Shown: piece by piece, positions 9,496 through 18,221 of the stretch
Layout of the letters: the number at the start of each line of letters is the position of its first letter
How positions within the stretch are numbered: position 1 is the first letter of the stretch
Assembly: GCA_028713285.1 (NCBI GenBank)
Contig: JAQTOP010000004.1
Location: forward strand, 20,241-84,240
Length of the DNA: 64,000 bases
Reading direction: 5' to 3'
Source: Terrimicrobiaceae bacterium
Lineage (GTDB): Bacteria; Verrucomicrobiota; Verrucomicrobiia; Chthoniobacterales; JAATET01
Translations under genes and position numbers: made by a program
The notes under the pieces: model-generated
Database searches by the model: none
What the model saw: the letters and a program-made list of their open reading frames with translations, nothing else
Told to the model about the DNA's origin: nothing

Positions 9496-10584
9496 ATGCA
9501 CGATACCCCGGCCACCACGAAGCGCCTCGAAATTTTTGAGCGCTACCTCTCGCTCTGGGTCCTGCTCTGCATGCTCGCAGGCGTGGCCCTCGGCACGCTC
9601 GCGCCCGGCCTCACGCGGCGCATCAGCCAGTTCGAATTTGGCCGCGACTCGCATGTGAACGTCGCCATCGCGGCGCTCATCTGGCTCATGATCTACCCGA
9701 TGATGCTGAAGATCGACTTCGGCGGCATCCGCGGCGTCTTTGCCCGGCCCAGGGGGCTCTTCATCACCCTCTTCGTAAACTGGCTGGTCAAGCCCTTCAG
9801 CATGGCCCTGCTCGGCTGGATCTTCATCCAATGGCTCTTCTCGTCGAAGCTCGGCTGGATCGATCCCCTCACGGCGAGGAACTACACTGCCGGCCTCATC
9901 ATCCTCGCCGCGGCCCCCTGCACCGCCATGGTTTTCGTCTGGAGCTACCTCACCGACGGCGACGGCCCCTACACCCTCGCGCAGGTCGCGATCAACGACC
10001 TCATCATGGTCTTCGCCTTCGCCCCGATCGTCATGTTCCTCGTCGGCGTAAGCGGCGTCGCCATCCCCGGCGCGGTGCTCCTCACCTCCGTCCTCGTTTT
10101 CATCGTCATCCCGCTTGCCGCCGGCTGGGTCAGCCGCATCCTGCTCATCCGGGCGCGCGGCGCGGAGTGGTTCGAGCGCGCGTTCCTGCCGCGATTTCGG
10201 CCCGTCACCATCTTCGCCCTGCTCGTCACGCTCATCCTCATCTTCGCCTTCCAGGCGGAGAATCTCCTGGGCAACTGGACCGCCGTCTTTCTGCTCGCGA
10301 TCCCGATCGTCATCCAGGTCTATTTCAACTCCGGCCTCACCTACGCCCTCATGCGCCGCTTCCATGTGAACCACAACGTCGCCACCCCCGGCGCGCTCAT
10401 TGGCGCCAGCAACTTCTTCGAGCTGGCCGTCGCCGTCGCGATCACCCTCTTCGGCGCGACCTCTCCCGCGGCCCTCGCCACAGTCGTCGGCGTCCTCGTC
10501 GAAGTGCCCGTCATGCTCTCCGTCTGCCGCCTCTGCACCTCCAGCCGCGCCTGGTATGAATGCGGCCCGGCAAAAACCGCCTGA
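9496..10584 (+). CDS. acr3: ACR3-family arsenite efflux transporter
   Basis: Motifs [54 protein letters not shown]. Confidence 0.96.
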   Translation: MHDTPATTKRLEIFERYLSLWVLLCMLAGVALGTLAPGLTRRISQFEFGRDSHVNVAIAALIWLMIYPMMLKIDFGGIRGVFARPRGLFITLFVNWLVKPFSMALLGWIFIQWLFSSKLGWIDPLTARNYTAGLIILAAAPCTAMVFVWSYLTDGDGPYTLAQVAINDLIMVFAFAPIVMFLVGVSGVAIPGAVLLTSVLVFIVIPLAAGWVSRILLIRARGAEWFERAFLPRFRPVTIFALLVTLILIFAFQAENLLGNWTAVFLLAIPIVIQVYFNSGLTYALMRRFHVNHNVATPGALIGASNFFELAVAVAITLFGATSPAALATVVGVLVEVPVMLSVCRLCTSSRAWYECGPAKTA

Positions 10585-10604
10585 CCCCGCCCCGCAGCCC
10601 TCCC

Positions 10605-10624
10605 CCAATCCAAAATCCAAAATG
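10605..10624 (+). repeat. Heptamer tandem repeat (ATCCAAA) abutting arsC1 start
   Basis: CCAATCCAAAATCCAAAATG read directly. Confidence 0.8.
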
Positions 10625-11086
10625 GCGAAACCCCTCGTCCTCATCCTCTGCACCGGCAACTCCTGCCGGAGCCACATGGCCGAGGGAATCCTTCGCCGGG
10701 CCGCCGGCGATCTCGTCGAGGTCGCCAGCGCGGGATCGCAGCCCGCCGGCACCGTCCACCCCGTCGCCATCGAAGTGATGCGCGAGCTCGGCATCGACCT
10801 CTCCTCCCACGCCTCGAAGCACATGAACGGCTTCCTCGACCGCTCCGTTCGCACCGTCATCACCGTCTGCGGGAATGCCGACCAGAGCTGCCCCATGTTC
10901 CCCGGCCACGTAAACCGCCACCACTGGGGCTTCGACGATCCCGCGCACGCCACCGGCAGCAACGTGGAAATCCGCGCCGTCTTCCGCCGTGTCCGCGACG
11001 AAATCGCCCGCGTCTTCGAGGCCTACGCCGCCGGCCTGCGTGAAGGCGCGCACTCCGCAGCAGCCAATCCAAAATCCAAAATCTAA
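10622..11086 (+). CDS. arsC: Arsenate reductase, LMW-PTP/thioredoxin type (copy 1)
   Basis: P-loop [33 protein letters not shown]. Confidence 0.92.
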   Translation: MAKPLVLILCTGNSCRSHMAEGILRRAAGDLVEVASAGSQPAGTVHPVAIEVMRELGIDLSSHASKHMNGFLDRSVRTVITVCGNADQSCPMFPGHVNRHHWGFDDPAHATGSNVEIRAVFRRVRDEIARVFEAYAAGLREGAHSAAANPKSKI

Positions 11087-11097
11087 AATCCAAAATG
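11064..11097 (+). repeat. Heptamer tandem repeat (ATC[C/T]AAA x4) spanning arsC1 stop and arsC2 start
   Basis: CCAATCCAAAATCCAAAATCTAAAATCCAAAATG read directly. Confidence 0.85.
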
Positions 11098-11532
11098 GAA
11101 AAGTCCCGCATCCTCTTCGTCTGCATCCACAACAGCGCCCGCAGCCAGATGGCCGAGGCATTCCTCGCCGCCGCCTGCTCCGAGCGCTTCGAAGCCGCCA
11201 GCGCCGGCCTCGAGCCCGGCACGTTGAACCCCCTCGTCGTCGAGGTCATGGCCGAAGTCGGCATCGACCTCTCGAAAAAAGGCACGCAGGCAGTCTTCGA
11301 GCTTTCCAAACAGGGCCGCATCTACAGCCACGTCATCACCGTATGCGACGAAGCCAGCGCCGAGCGCTGCCCGATCTTCGTGGGCGTGACCCAGCGGCTG
11401 CACTGGAGCTTCCCCGACCCCTCGGCCCTCACCGGCACGCGGGAGGAGCGCCTCGCCGGCACGCGACGTATCCGCGATGCGATCCGAGCGCAGATCGAGA
11501 CGTGGTGCGCCGGGCAATGCGCCCCCGCCTGA
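11095..11532 (+). CDS. arsC: Arsenate reductase, LMW-PTP/thioredoxin type (copy 2)
   Basis: Motifs [34 protein letters not shown]. Confidence 0.92.
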   Translation: MEKSRILFVCIHNSARSQMAEAFLAAACSERFEAASAGLEPGTLNPLVVEVMAEVGIDLSKKGTQAVFELSKQGRIYSHVITVCDEASAERCPIFVGVTQRLHWSFPDPSALTGTREERLAGTRRIRDAIRAQIETWCAGQCAPA

Positions 11533-11591
11533 CATCACCCCACCCCGTTTTTGGCTCGCCACGTCAAGCGCGGAGGTGCAACAACCCCTCC

Positions 11592-11610
11592 GTGTTACGA
11601 GATCGTCACA
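11592..11610 (+). promoter_or_regulatory. PHO-box-like direct repeat upstream of pstS
   Basis: GTTAC (11594) and GTCAC (11605) are 11 bp apart, matching the PhoB-type GTCA(T/C) repeat. Confidence 0.6.
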
Positions 11611-11675
11611 CAACGTCTTTTGCGCCCGCCCGGCTCGTTCGCATGATTTCCCTTGCAACCCATTTCCTCAATCCC

Positions 11676-12689
11676 ATGAAGCCATCGACCCTCACCCAAC
11701 TCGCATCCTTCGCCGTGCTCGCCCTCGCCGCGCCTTCTCACGCAGGCCAGCTCAGCGGCGCCGGCGCCACCTTCCCCGCCCCGCTCTACCAGCGCTGGTC
11801 CGTGGAATACAACAAGCTCCATCCCGATGTGAAAGTGAACTACCAGTCCGTCGGCAGCGGCGCGGGCGTGAAGCAGTTCATCGCCGGCACCGTCGATTTC
11901 GGCGCCAGCGATGCCGCGATGAACGATGCGGAACTCGCCAAAGTGCCCGCCAATAAAGGCGCGGTAATGATCCCCGCGACCGCCGGCATCGAAGTCCTCG
12001 CCTACAATCTGCCCGGCATTGACAACCTCAAGCTCTCCCGCGAGGCCTTCGTCGGCATCTTCCTCGGCAAGATCACGAAGTGGGACGACGACATCATCAA
12101 GAAGGCGAATCCGGGCGTCGATCTCCCGTCCACGCCGATCAATGTCGCCTACCGCTCCGACGGCTCCGGCACGACGTTCATCTTCACCCAGCACCTCTCC
12201 GCCGTGAGCAAGGATTTCGCCGACCAGGTCGGCACCGACAAATCCGTCACCTTCCCCGTCGGCGCAGGCGGCAAGGGCAACGAAGGCGTCACCGCTCTCA
12301 TCAAGCAAAGTCCCGGCACCATCGGCTACGTGGAATACGGCTACGCCAAGGGCAACGGCCTCCAGATGGCCGTCATCGAGAATAAGAGCGGCAACTTCAT
12401 CAAACCGGCCGACGACAGCGGCGCGGCGACGCTCGGCCACATGGAATTGCCCGCCAACCTGCGCGCCTGGCCCGTCGATCCCACCGGAGCCGATGACTAC
12501 CCCATCGCCAGCCTCACCTGGCTGCTGCTCTACGGAAAATATGCCGACGCCGCCAAGCTCGCCGATTTGAAGGGCTTCGTCGAATGGGCGCTCACCGACG
12601 GCCAGAAATTCTCGACCGACCTCGGCTACATCCCGCTCCCGGCCGCGGTCGTCGCAAAAAGCCAGGCCGCTCTCGCCACCGTCAAATAG
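11676..12689 (+). CDS. pstS: Phosphate ABC transporter substrate-binding protein
   Basis: Motifs GAGATFPAPLY, NYQSVGSGAG, VDFGASD, RSDGSGTT, GKGNEGV; signal peptide from ATG 11676. Confidence 0.96.
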   Translation: MKPSTLTQLASFAVLALAAPSHAGQLSGAGATFPAPLYQRWSVEYNKLHPDVKVNYQSVGSGAGVKQFIAGTVDFGASDAAMNDAELAKVPANKGAVMIPATAGIEVLAYNLPGIDNLKLSREAFVGIFLGKITKWDDDIIKKANPGVDLPSTPINVAYRSDGSGTTFIFTQHLSAVSKDFADQVGTDKSVTFPVGAGGKGNEGVTALIKQSPGTIGYVEYGYAKGNGLQMAVIENKSGNFIKPADDSGAATLGHMELPANLRAWPVDPTGADDYPIASLTWLLLYGKYADAAKLADLKGFVEWALTDGQKFSTDLGYIPLPAAVVAKSQAALATVK

Positions 12690-12710
12690 GCTGCCTTCAG
12701 CCGGAGGGTC

Positions 12711-13673
12711 ATGACCACACGCATCCAGGCGCAGGGCGGACTCAAGGTCTTCCGCCGTGGTCCCGACCTCTTTCGCATCCTCTGCGGGGTGGCGTCGGTT
12801 CTCACCGTCGCCACCCTCGCCTGGATGGTCTTCGAGATCACCCACCAGTCCCTTCCCGCGATCCATAAATTCGGATTCGGCTTCATCACCGACGGCCGCT
12901 GGGTGCCCAACCGCGACGCGTTCGGCATCCTTCCATTTCTTGTCGGCACGAGCGTCAGCGCATTCATTGCGATCCTCTTCGCGCTGCCTCTCGGCCTCGC
13001 GGTCGCCATCTTTCTGAGCGAGGATTTTCTCGCGCCTCCCATCCGCCAGTTCATTCGGTTCACGGTCGAAATGCTCGCGGCGATCCCCAGCGTCGTTTAC
13101 GGCTTGTGGGGCATCTTCGTCGTCATCCCTCTTGTTAAAATCTTCGGCCAGTGGGCCGTCGTCACGTTCAAGGGCGTGCCCATCCTCGGCACGCTCTTCG
13201 CCCCGCCCGCCTACGGCAACAGCATGCTCACCGCCAGCCTCGTGCTCGCGCTCATGATCCTGCCCACCATCACCGCCATCTCCCGCGCCGCATTGGTCGC
13301 CGTTCCCGCGACGCTCCGCGAGGGTTCGTATGCCCTCGGCGCGACCCGCTGGGAGACAATCCTCGGCGTCCTGCTGCCCACCGCCGCGCCCGGCATTGTC
13401 GCGGCGACCATCCTCGCCCTCGGCCGCGCCATGGGCGAAACGATGGCGGTCGCCATGCTCATCGGCAACAGCTCGCGCCTCACCTCGTCCCTCCTCTCGC
13501 CCGCCGGCACCCTCGCCGGCCTGCTCGCGAATCAATTCGGCGAAGCCGACGGCCTGCAAATCAACTCGCTCATGTATGCCGCTCTCGTCCTCATGGCCCT
13601 CACCCTGCTCGTGAACGTCCTTGGCGAGGCCGTCCTGCGCTACACCCAACGGCAAACCGCCGGCATCCGATAA
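12711..13673 (+). CDS. pstC: Phosphate ABC transporter permease
   Basis: Motifs LAAIPSVVYGLWG, ALGATRWE, LGRAMGETMAV. Confidence 0.96.
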   Translation: MTTRIQAQGGLKVFRRGPDLFRILCGVASVLTVATLAWMVFEITHQSLPAIHKFGFGFITDGRWVPNRDAFGILPFLVGTSVSAFIAILFALPLGLAVAIFLSEDFLAPPIRQFIRFTVEMLAAIPSVVYGLWGIFVVIPLVKIFGQWAVVTFKGVPILGTLFAPPAYGNSMLTASLVLALMILPTITAISRAALVAVPATLREGSYALGATRWETILGVLLPTAAPGIVAATILALGRAMGETMAVAMLIGNSSRLTSSLLSPAGTLAGLLANQFGEADGLQINSLMYAALVLMALTLLVNVLGEAVLRYTQRQTAGIR

Positions 13674-14558
13674 ATGAGCACCGCGCCCACCGCCGCCCCG
13701 GAGGACTTCTTCCATCGCGTTCACACGGCGAATTCCGGCCGGCGCGCCCTCGGCAACCGCGCGCTCAATGTCCTCTGCGTCGTCCTCGCCCTGCTCACCC
13801 TCATTCCGCTTGTCTCCATCATTTTCCTGCTGCTGAAGCGGGGCCTGCCCCTTCTCAATCTGGATGTCTTCCGTCTCCTTCCGCCCGCCGCGGGCATGAG
13901 CGGCGGAGGTTTCGGCAATGCCGTCGCCGGCACCCTCATCATGGTCGGGATCGCCCTGGTCCTCGCCGCACCGCTCGGTGTGCTCTCGGCCATTTACGTC
14001 AACGAATACGCCCCCGCTTCGCGCCTCGCCCATGCCGTGCGCTTCGTCGCGAAACTCCTCACCGGCATCCCATCGATCATCTGCGGAGTCTTCGCCTACG
14101 CCGTCATCGTCCTCGCCACCGGCGGCTTCTCTGCATGGGCGGGCGGTTTCGCGCTCGCGATTCTTGTCCTCCCCACCATCATCCTCACCGCCGAGCAGGC
14201 GCTCCTCGGCGTGCCGAAGGCCTTCCGCGAAGCCTCCTACGGCCTTGGTGCCACGAATTTCCAGACGATCTGGCGCATCGTCCTGCCCGACGCGCTTCCC
14301 GCGATCATGACCGGCATCATGCTCGCCGTGGCCCGGGCAGCCGGGGAGACGGCCCCGCTCATCTTCACCGCGCTATTCAGCCAGTACTGGATGCAGTCGA
14401 TCAAGGAGCCCACCGCCTCGCTCGCGGTGCTCATTTACAACTTCTCGACCCTGCCCTTCGAGCATCAGGTGAACATGGCGTGGACAGCCTCGCTTGTCCT
14501 TGTGATCTTTGTAACCATTGCGAACGTGATGGCGCAGGTCATCTTCCGCAAAAAATAA
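13674..14558 (+). CDS. pstA: Phosphate ABC transporter permease
   Basis: Motifs GIPSIICGVF, REASYGLGA, ARAAGETAPLIFT. Confidence 0.96.
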   Translation: MSTAPTAAPEDFFHRVHTANSGRRALGNRALNVLCVVLALLTLIPLVSIIFLLLKRGLPLLNLDVFRLLPPAAGMSGGGFGNAVAGTLIMVGIALVLAAPLGVLSAIYVNEYAPASRLAHAVRFVAKLLTGIPSIICGVFAYAVIVLATGGFSAWAGGFALAILVLPTIILTAEQALLGVPKAFREASYGLGATNFQTIWRIVLPDALPAIMTGIMLAVARAAGETAPLIFTALFSQYWMQSIKEPTASLAVLIYNFSTLPFEHQVNMAWTASLVLVIFVTIANVMAQVIFRKK

Positions 14559-14564
14559 TCCGCC

Positions 14565-15380
14565 ATGCCGACGATGGAACCCAGCACCGCATCCGCAGCG
14601 AGTCCGACCGAATCCGCCGAGCCTCGCGCGGACTTTCTCAAGGTCACGCAGTTCAATTTTCACTACGGCAAAAAACAGGCGCTCTTCGATGTCAATCTCG
14701 ACATCCCGCAGCGCCAGGTCACCGCGTTCATCGGCCCCTCCGGCTGCGGCAAATCCACCCTGCTGCGCAACTTCAACCGCATGAACGACCTCATCGACGG
14801 CGTCCGCCACGAGGGGAACATCACGATCAACGGTCACAGCATTTTCGACCCGAAGATCGAGATCATCGCCCTCCGGCGCAGCATCGGCATGGTCTTCCAG
14901 AAATCGAACCCCTTCCCGAAATCGATCTACGAAAACATCGTCTATAGCCTGCGCATCGCCGGGCAGAACAACCGCCGCGTCCTCGATGAAACCGTGGAAC
15001 GCAGCCTGCAGGGCGCGGCGCTCTGGGAAGAGGTCAAGGATCGCCTGCACGACAGCGCGCTCAGCCTCTCCGGCGGCCAGATGCAGCGCCTCTGCATCGC
15101 CCGCGCCATCGCGAACCGGCCCGAGGTCCTGCTCATGGACGAGCCCTGCTCCGCCCTCGACCCCATCGCCACCGCGAAGGTCGAGGAACTCATTCACGAA
15201 CTCAAAAAGGAATTCACCATCGTCATCGTCACCCACAACATGCAGCAGGCCACCCGCTGCTCCGACCTCACCGCCTTTTTCTATCTCGGCAAGCTCATCG
15301 AGTTCGACCGCACGCAGAAGATTTTTTCCAACCCCGCGCAAAAGCAGACCGAGGACTACATCACCGGCCGCTTCGGCTGA
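14565..15380 (+). CDS. pstB: Phosphate ABC transporter ATPase
   Basis: Motifs [46 protein letters not shown]. Confidence 0.97.
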   Translation: MPTMEPSTASAASPTESAEPRADFLKVTQFNFHYGKKQALFDVNLDIPQRQVTAFIGPSGCGKSTLLRNFNRMNDLIDGVRHEGNITINGHSIFDPKIEIIALRRSIGMVFQKSNPFPKSIYENIVYSLRIAGQNNRRVLDETVERSLQGAALWEEVKDRLHDSALSLSGGQMQRLCIARAIANRPEVLLMDEPCSALDPIATAKVEELIHELKKEFTIVIVTHNMQQATRCSDLTAFFYLGKLIEFDRTQKIFSNPAQKQTEDYITGRFG

Positions 15381-15391
15381 TCCCACCCGCC

Positions 15392-16081
15392 ATGCCCAAC
15401 GGAACCCACATTCTCGGGACCTTCGACCACGCGCTCCACTCCCTGCGCAACAACGTCCTCATGATGGCGAGCCTCGCCGAACGCAATCTCGCGAATGCCA
15501 CGAAAGGCCTCTTCGAACGCGATGACGAACTCAGCAACGTCGTCATCGCCGACGACGAGGAGATCGACCTCCTCGAAATCCAGGTGGACCGCGAGGGCGT
15601 CGAGCTCCTGCTGCGATTCCAGCCCGTCGCCTCCGACCTCCGCCAGGTTGTCACCGCAATGAAGGCCAGCGTGAACATCGAGCGCATCGCCGACCAGTCC
15701 GTGAACATCGCCCGCCGCGCCCGCAAACTCAGCGCGCAGCCGGAGCTCTCGTCCGTCCGCTCGCTCGAGCCGATGTTCGCAAAGGCATCCCGCATGTTTG
15801 CCGACGCGATCAAGGCCTACGCGGACGACAACGCCGCCCTCGCGCGCGAACTCAAGCCCCGCGACCGCGAACTCGACGAGATGAACCGGCAGTTCGCCGA
15901 AGCCTGCACCGAGCGCATGGCCGAGGAACCGCACCTCATCCAGCCCTACCTGAACCTCATCTTTATCGCGCGGTTCGTCGAGCGCATCGGCGACCACGCG
16001 ACCAATCTCGGCGAGGACGTCGTCTTCTCCGTGGCCGCCGAGGAGATCCGCCACACGCAGGGCGCCCCGCCGTCCGCCTGA
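15392..16081 (+). CDS. phoU: Phosphate signalling complex protein
   Basis: Motifs QPVASDLR, ERIADQS, ERIGDHATN. Confidence 0.94.
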   Translation: MPNGTHILGTFDHALHSLRNNVLMMASLAERNLANATKGLFERDDELSNVVIADDEEIDLLEIQVDREGVELLLRFQPVASDLRQVVTAMKASVNIERIADQSVNIARRARKLSAQPELSSVRSLEPMFAKASRMFADAIKAYADDNAALARELKPRDRELDEMNRQFAEACTERMAEEPHLIQPYLNLIFIARFVERIGDHATNLGEDVVFSVAAEEIRHTQGAPPSA

Positions 16082-16145
16082 TGAAGCGCGCCCCGGGCGA
16101 CGCGCGCCTTTACATGGCGCGGCCTTTTGACAATCGTCGGGGCGC

Positions 16146-16553
16146 ATGAGCCAGTTTCTCCGCCTCGCTCTCGCCATCCTCGTTTCCCTCACCGCCGGCT
16201 GCAAATCCGCAGAGGACTTCGCGCGCAACAACTCCGCCACCGCCGAATGGCTCCGCGCCCACGCCGGCTCGCCCGGCCTCAAGGTCGCCGGGGCGTGGCA
16301 TTCCGACGACTGGGGCGACGCGCAGTTCAAGCAGCAGGGCAGCCGCGTCACCGGCATCCTGGGCGGCTATCCGGTCGGCGGAGTTTTGAACGGCAGCAGG
16401 CTCTACCTCGCGATTACGGAAAATGGCTGGACCTCCTACACCGCCATCCTCACCGAGCGGCCCGACGGCGCGCTCGCCGGCACCTACTCGAGGTCCGTGC
16501 CATTCTCGATCGAGGAGGAGCGTGTCATCCGGCTCACCCGCCCGGGCAATTGA
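16146..16553 (+). CDS. Hypothetical lipoprotein
   Basis: Lipobox LTAGC after a hydrophobic N-terminus; host-like codon use. Confidence 0.75.
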   Translation: MSQFLRLALAILVSLTAGCKSAEDFARNNSATAEWLRAHAGSPGLKVAGAWHSDDWGDAQFKQQGSRVTGILGGYPVGGVLNGSRLYLAITENGWTSYTAILTERPDGALAGTYSRSVPFSIEEERVIRLTRPGN

Positions 16554-17526
16554 TGGCCGTCCCGGCCGGTGGCGGTTTGGCCTGAAGCTCCTGCAGGCGG
16601 CCATCTCCGCCGCGCTGCTCACGTGGATCTTCCACACACCGGAAACCCGCGCCGGCATCGCCGCGCTGCTCGCCGCAGCAGATCCGCGCTGGCTCGGCCT
16701 GGCCGTCGTCATCGCGGGAGCGACCGTCGCCGTCTCGATCACCCGCTGGCATTGCGTCCTTCACGTGCTCGGCATCCCGATCCCCTTCCGCCGCGCCGCA
16801 GCAATCTGGCTCATCGGCTATTTCTTCGACCTGTTCATTCTCGGCGCGACGGGCGGCGACCTCATGAAGGCGCTCCTCGTCATCCGCGAGGCTCCGCAAC
16901 GCAAGATCACGGCCGCGCTCAGCATTCTCATCGACCACTTCACGGGAATTTTCGCGCTCGCCCTCGCGGCGGCGTTGTTCACGCTGTCCCGCGCGGACAC
17001 CCTGCTCGCCCACCCCGCGACCGCGGCGATCTTCTGGCTGCTCATCGCCTATCTGGCGCTGTGCCTCAGCGCCGTGCCACTCATCATCGTGGTCGGCCTG
17101 GTTCCGCCTCCGGCCTGGGTTCGCCGCAGGGACTTTTTCCGGCGCCACGGCGGCGAGGTGCATCAGGCATTCCGCGCCATGCTCACCGGCTGGCGCGGCA
17201 TGCTCAAGGCGGCAGGCCTTTCGTTTGCCGCGTGGAGCGGACAGTTCACCATCTTTTATTGCAGCGCGCGCGCCATCGGCGCGGCGGTGAGCGCGCGCGA
17301 CCTGCTCGCGGCGACGCCCATCTCCGAGGCCCTCGTCACCGTGCCGATTTCCATCGCCGGGCTGGGCGTGCGCGAGCAGAGCTTTCAATTTCTGCTCGGC
17401 GCGCTCGGCGGCGTCCCGCTCGCGACCGCCGTCCTCGTCTCGCTCGGCGGCTTCACCGCCTCACTCGTCTGGAATCTCTGCGGCGGCGTGGTCTTCGCAT
17501 TTTACCGGCAGCGAAGATTGCATTGA
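16522..17526 (+). CDS. Lysylphosphatidylglycerol-synthase TM / UPF0104 flippase-like membrane protein (start uncertain)
   Basis: Motifs RW...IGYFFD...GGDLMKA and PISIAGLGVRE; multiple TM helices. GTG 16522 is the nearest in-frame start. Confidence 0.8.
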   Translation: MSSGSPARAIDGRPGRWRFGLKLLQAAISAALLTWIFHTPETRAGIAALLAAADPRWLGLAVVIAGATVAVSITRWHCVLHVLGIPIPFRRAAAIWLIGYFFDLFILGATGGDLMKALLVIREAPQRKITAALSILIDHFTGIFALALAAALFTLSRADTLLAHPATAAIFWLLIAYLALCLSAVPLIIVVGLVPPPAWVRRRDFFRRHGGEVHQAFRAMLTGWRGMLKAAGLSFAAWSGQFTIFYCSARAIGAAVSARDLLAATPISEALVTVPISIAGLGVREQSFQFLLGALGGVPLATAVLVSLGGFTASLVWNLCGGVVFAFYRQRRLH

Positions 17527-17558
17527 TCGCCCGCCGGGCCTTCGCGAACGTATCGCCC

Positions 17559-18221
17559 ATGCGCTTCGCCCTGCTGTTCCTCGCGACCGCCTCCGGCTTG
17601 CTGGCCGAATCCGCGCCGCCGCCCGACCTGACGCCCGTCCGCAAATGGATCGCCCGCCAGCGCACCATCGAGAGCATCGAGTCCGACTTCTCGCAGACCC
17701 GCTCCCTGCGCACGCTGCGCAGCCCCGCCGTCGCACAGGGGAAATTCTGGTTCCGCGCGCCGTCGTCCTTCCGCTGGCAGATTGGCGATCCGCCGAAGAC
17801 GATCGCCCTCGGCGACGGGAAGGAAATCCAGATCATCCAGCCGGCGAGGCGCCTCGTCGAGCGGTCGCCCATCGGCCGCATCGGCCAGAAGGCCGGCGCG
17901 CAGGGCTTCGGCATGATGAGCTTTCCGTTCGCCGACGACTTCGACGATTTCCAGCGCCGGTTCGAGGTCCTGTCGATCCGCACGGACGGCGGCCGCTGCC
18001 ATCTGGATCTGCTCCCCCGCGACGCCCAGGCGCGCCGCTTCCTCGCGAAGGTCGCGCTCGATTTCGACGCGGATTCCGGGAAGCTGCTCGCCTTCGAGAT
18101 CGTCACGCGCGAAGGCTCCTCGATGCGCACGGATTTCCGGAACACCCGCGTCAACTCGCCGCTCGATCCCGCCCTCTTCCGTTACGATTTCGCCGGCTAC
18201 CAAATCCGCGATGCGAGGTAA
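17559..18221 (+). CDS. LolA-like outer-membrane lipoprotein carrier protein
   Basis: Signal peptide; SDFSQTR...QGKFWFRAPSSFRWQ; DGKEI; ends NSPLDPALF. Confidence 0.85.
   Translation: MRFALLFLATASGLLAESAPPPDLTPVRKWIARQRTIESIESDFSQTRSLRTLRSPAVAQGKFWFRAPSSFRWQIGDPPKTIALGDGKEIQIIQPARRLVERSPIGRIGQKAGAQGFGMMSFPFADDFDDFQRRFEVLSIRTDGGRCHLDLLPRDAQARRFLAKVALDFDADSGKLLAFEIVTREGSSMRTDFRNTRVNSPLDPALFRYDFAGYQIRDAR

Noticed and set aside
10605-11097. Repeats as a possible CRISPR array
   Set aside because: They are 7-bp tandem units with no spacers and no cas genes.
9007-14033. Very long antisense ORFs (9007..10962, 11595..14033 and many similar ones across the window)
   Set aside because: They are shadow frames opposite well-supported genes, expected from high GC3 codon bias, and have no recognisable motifs.
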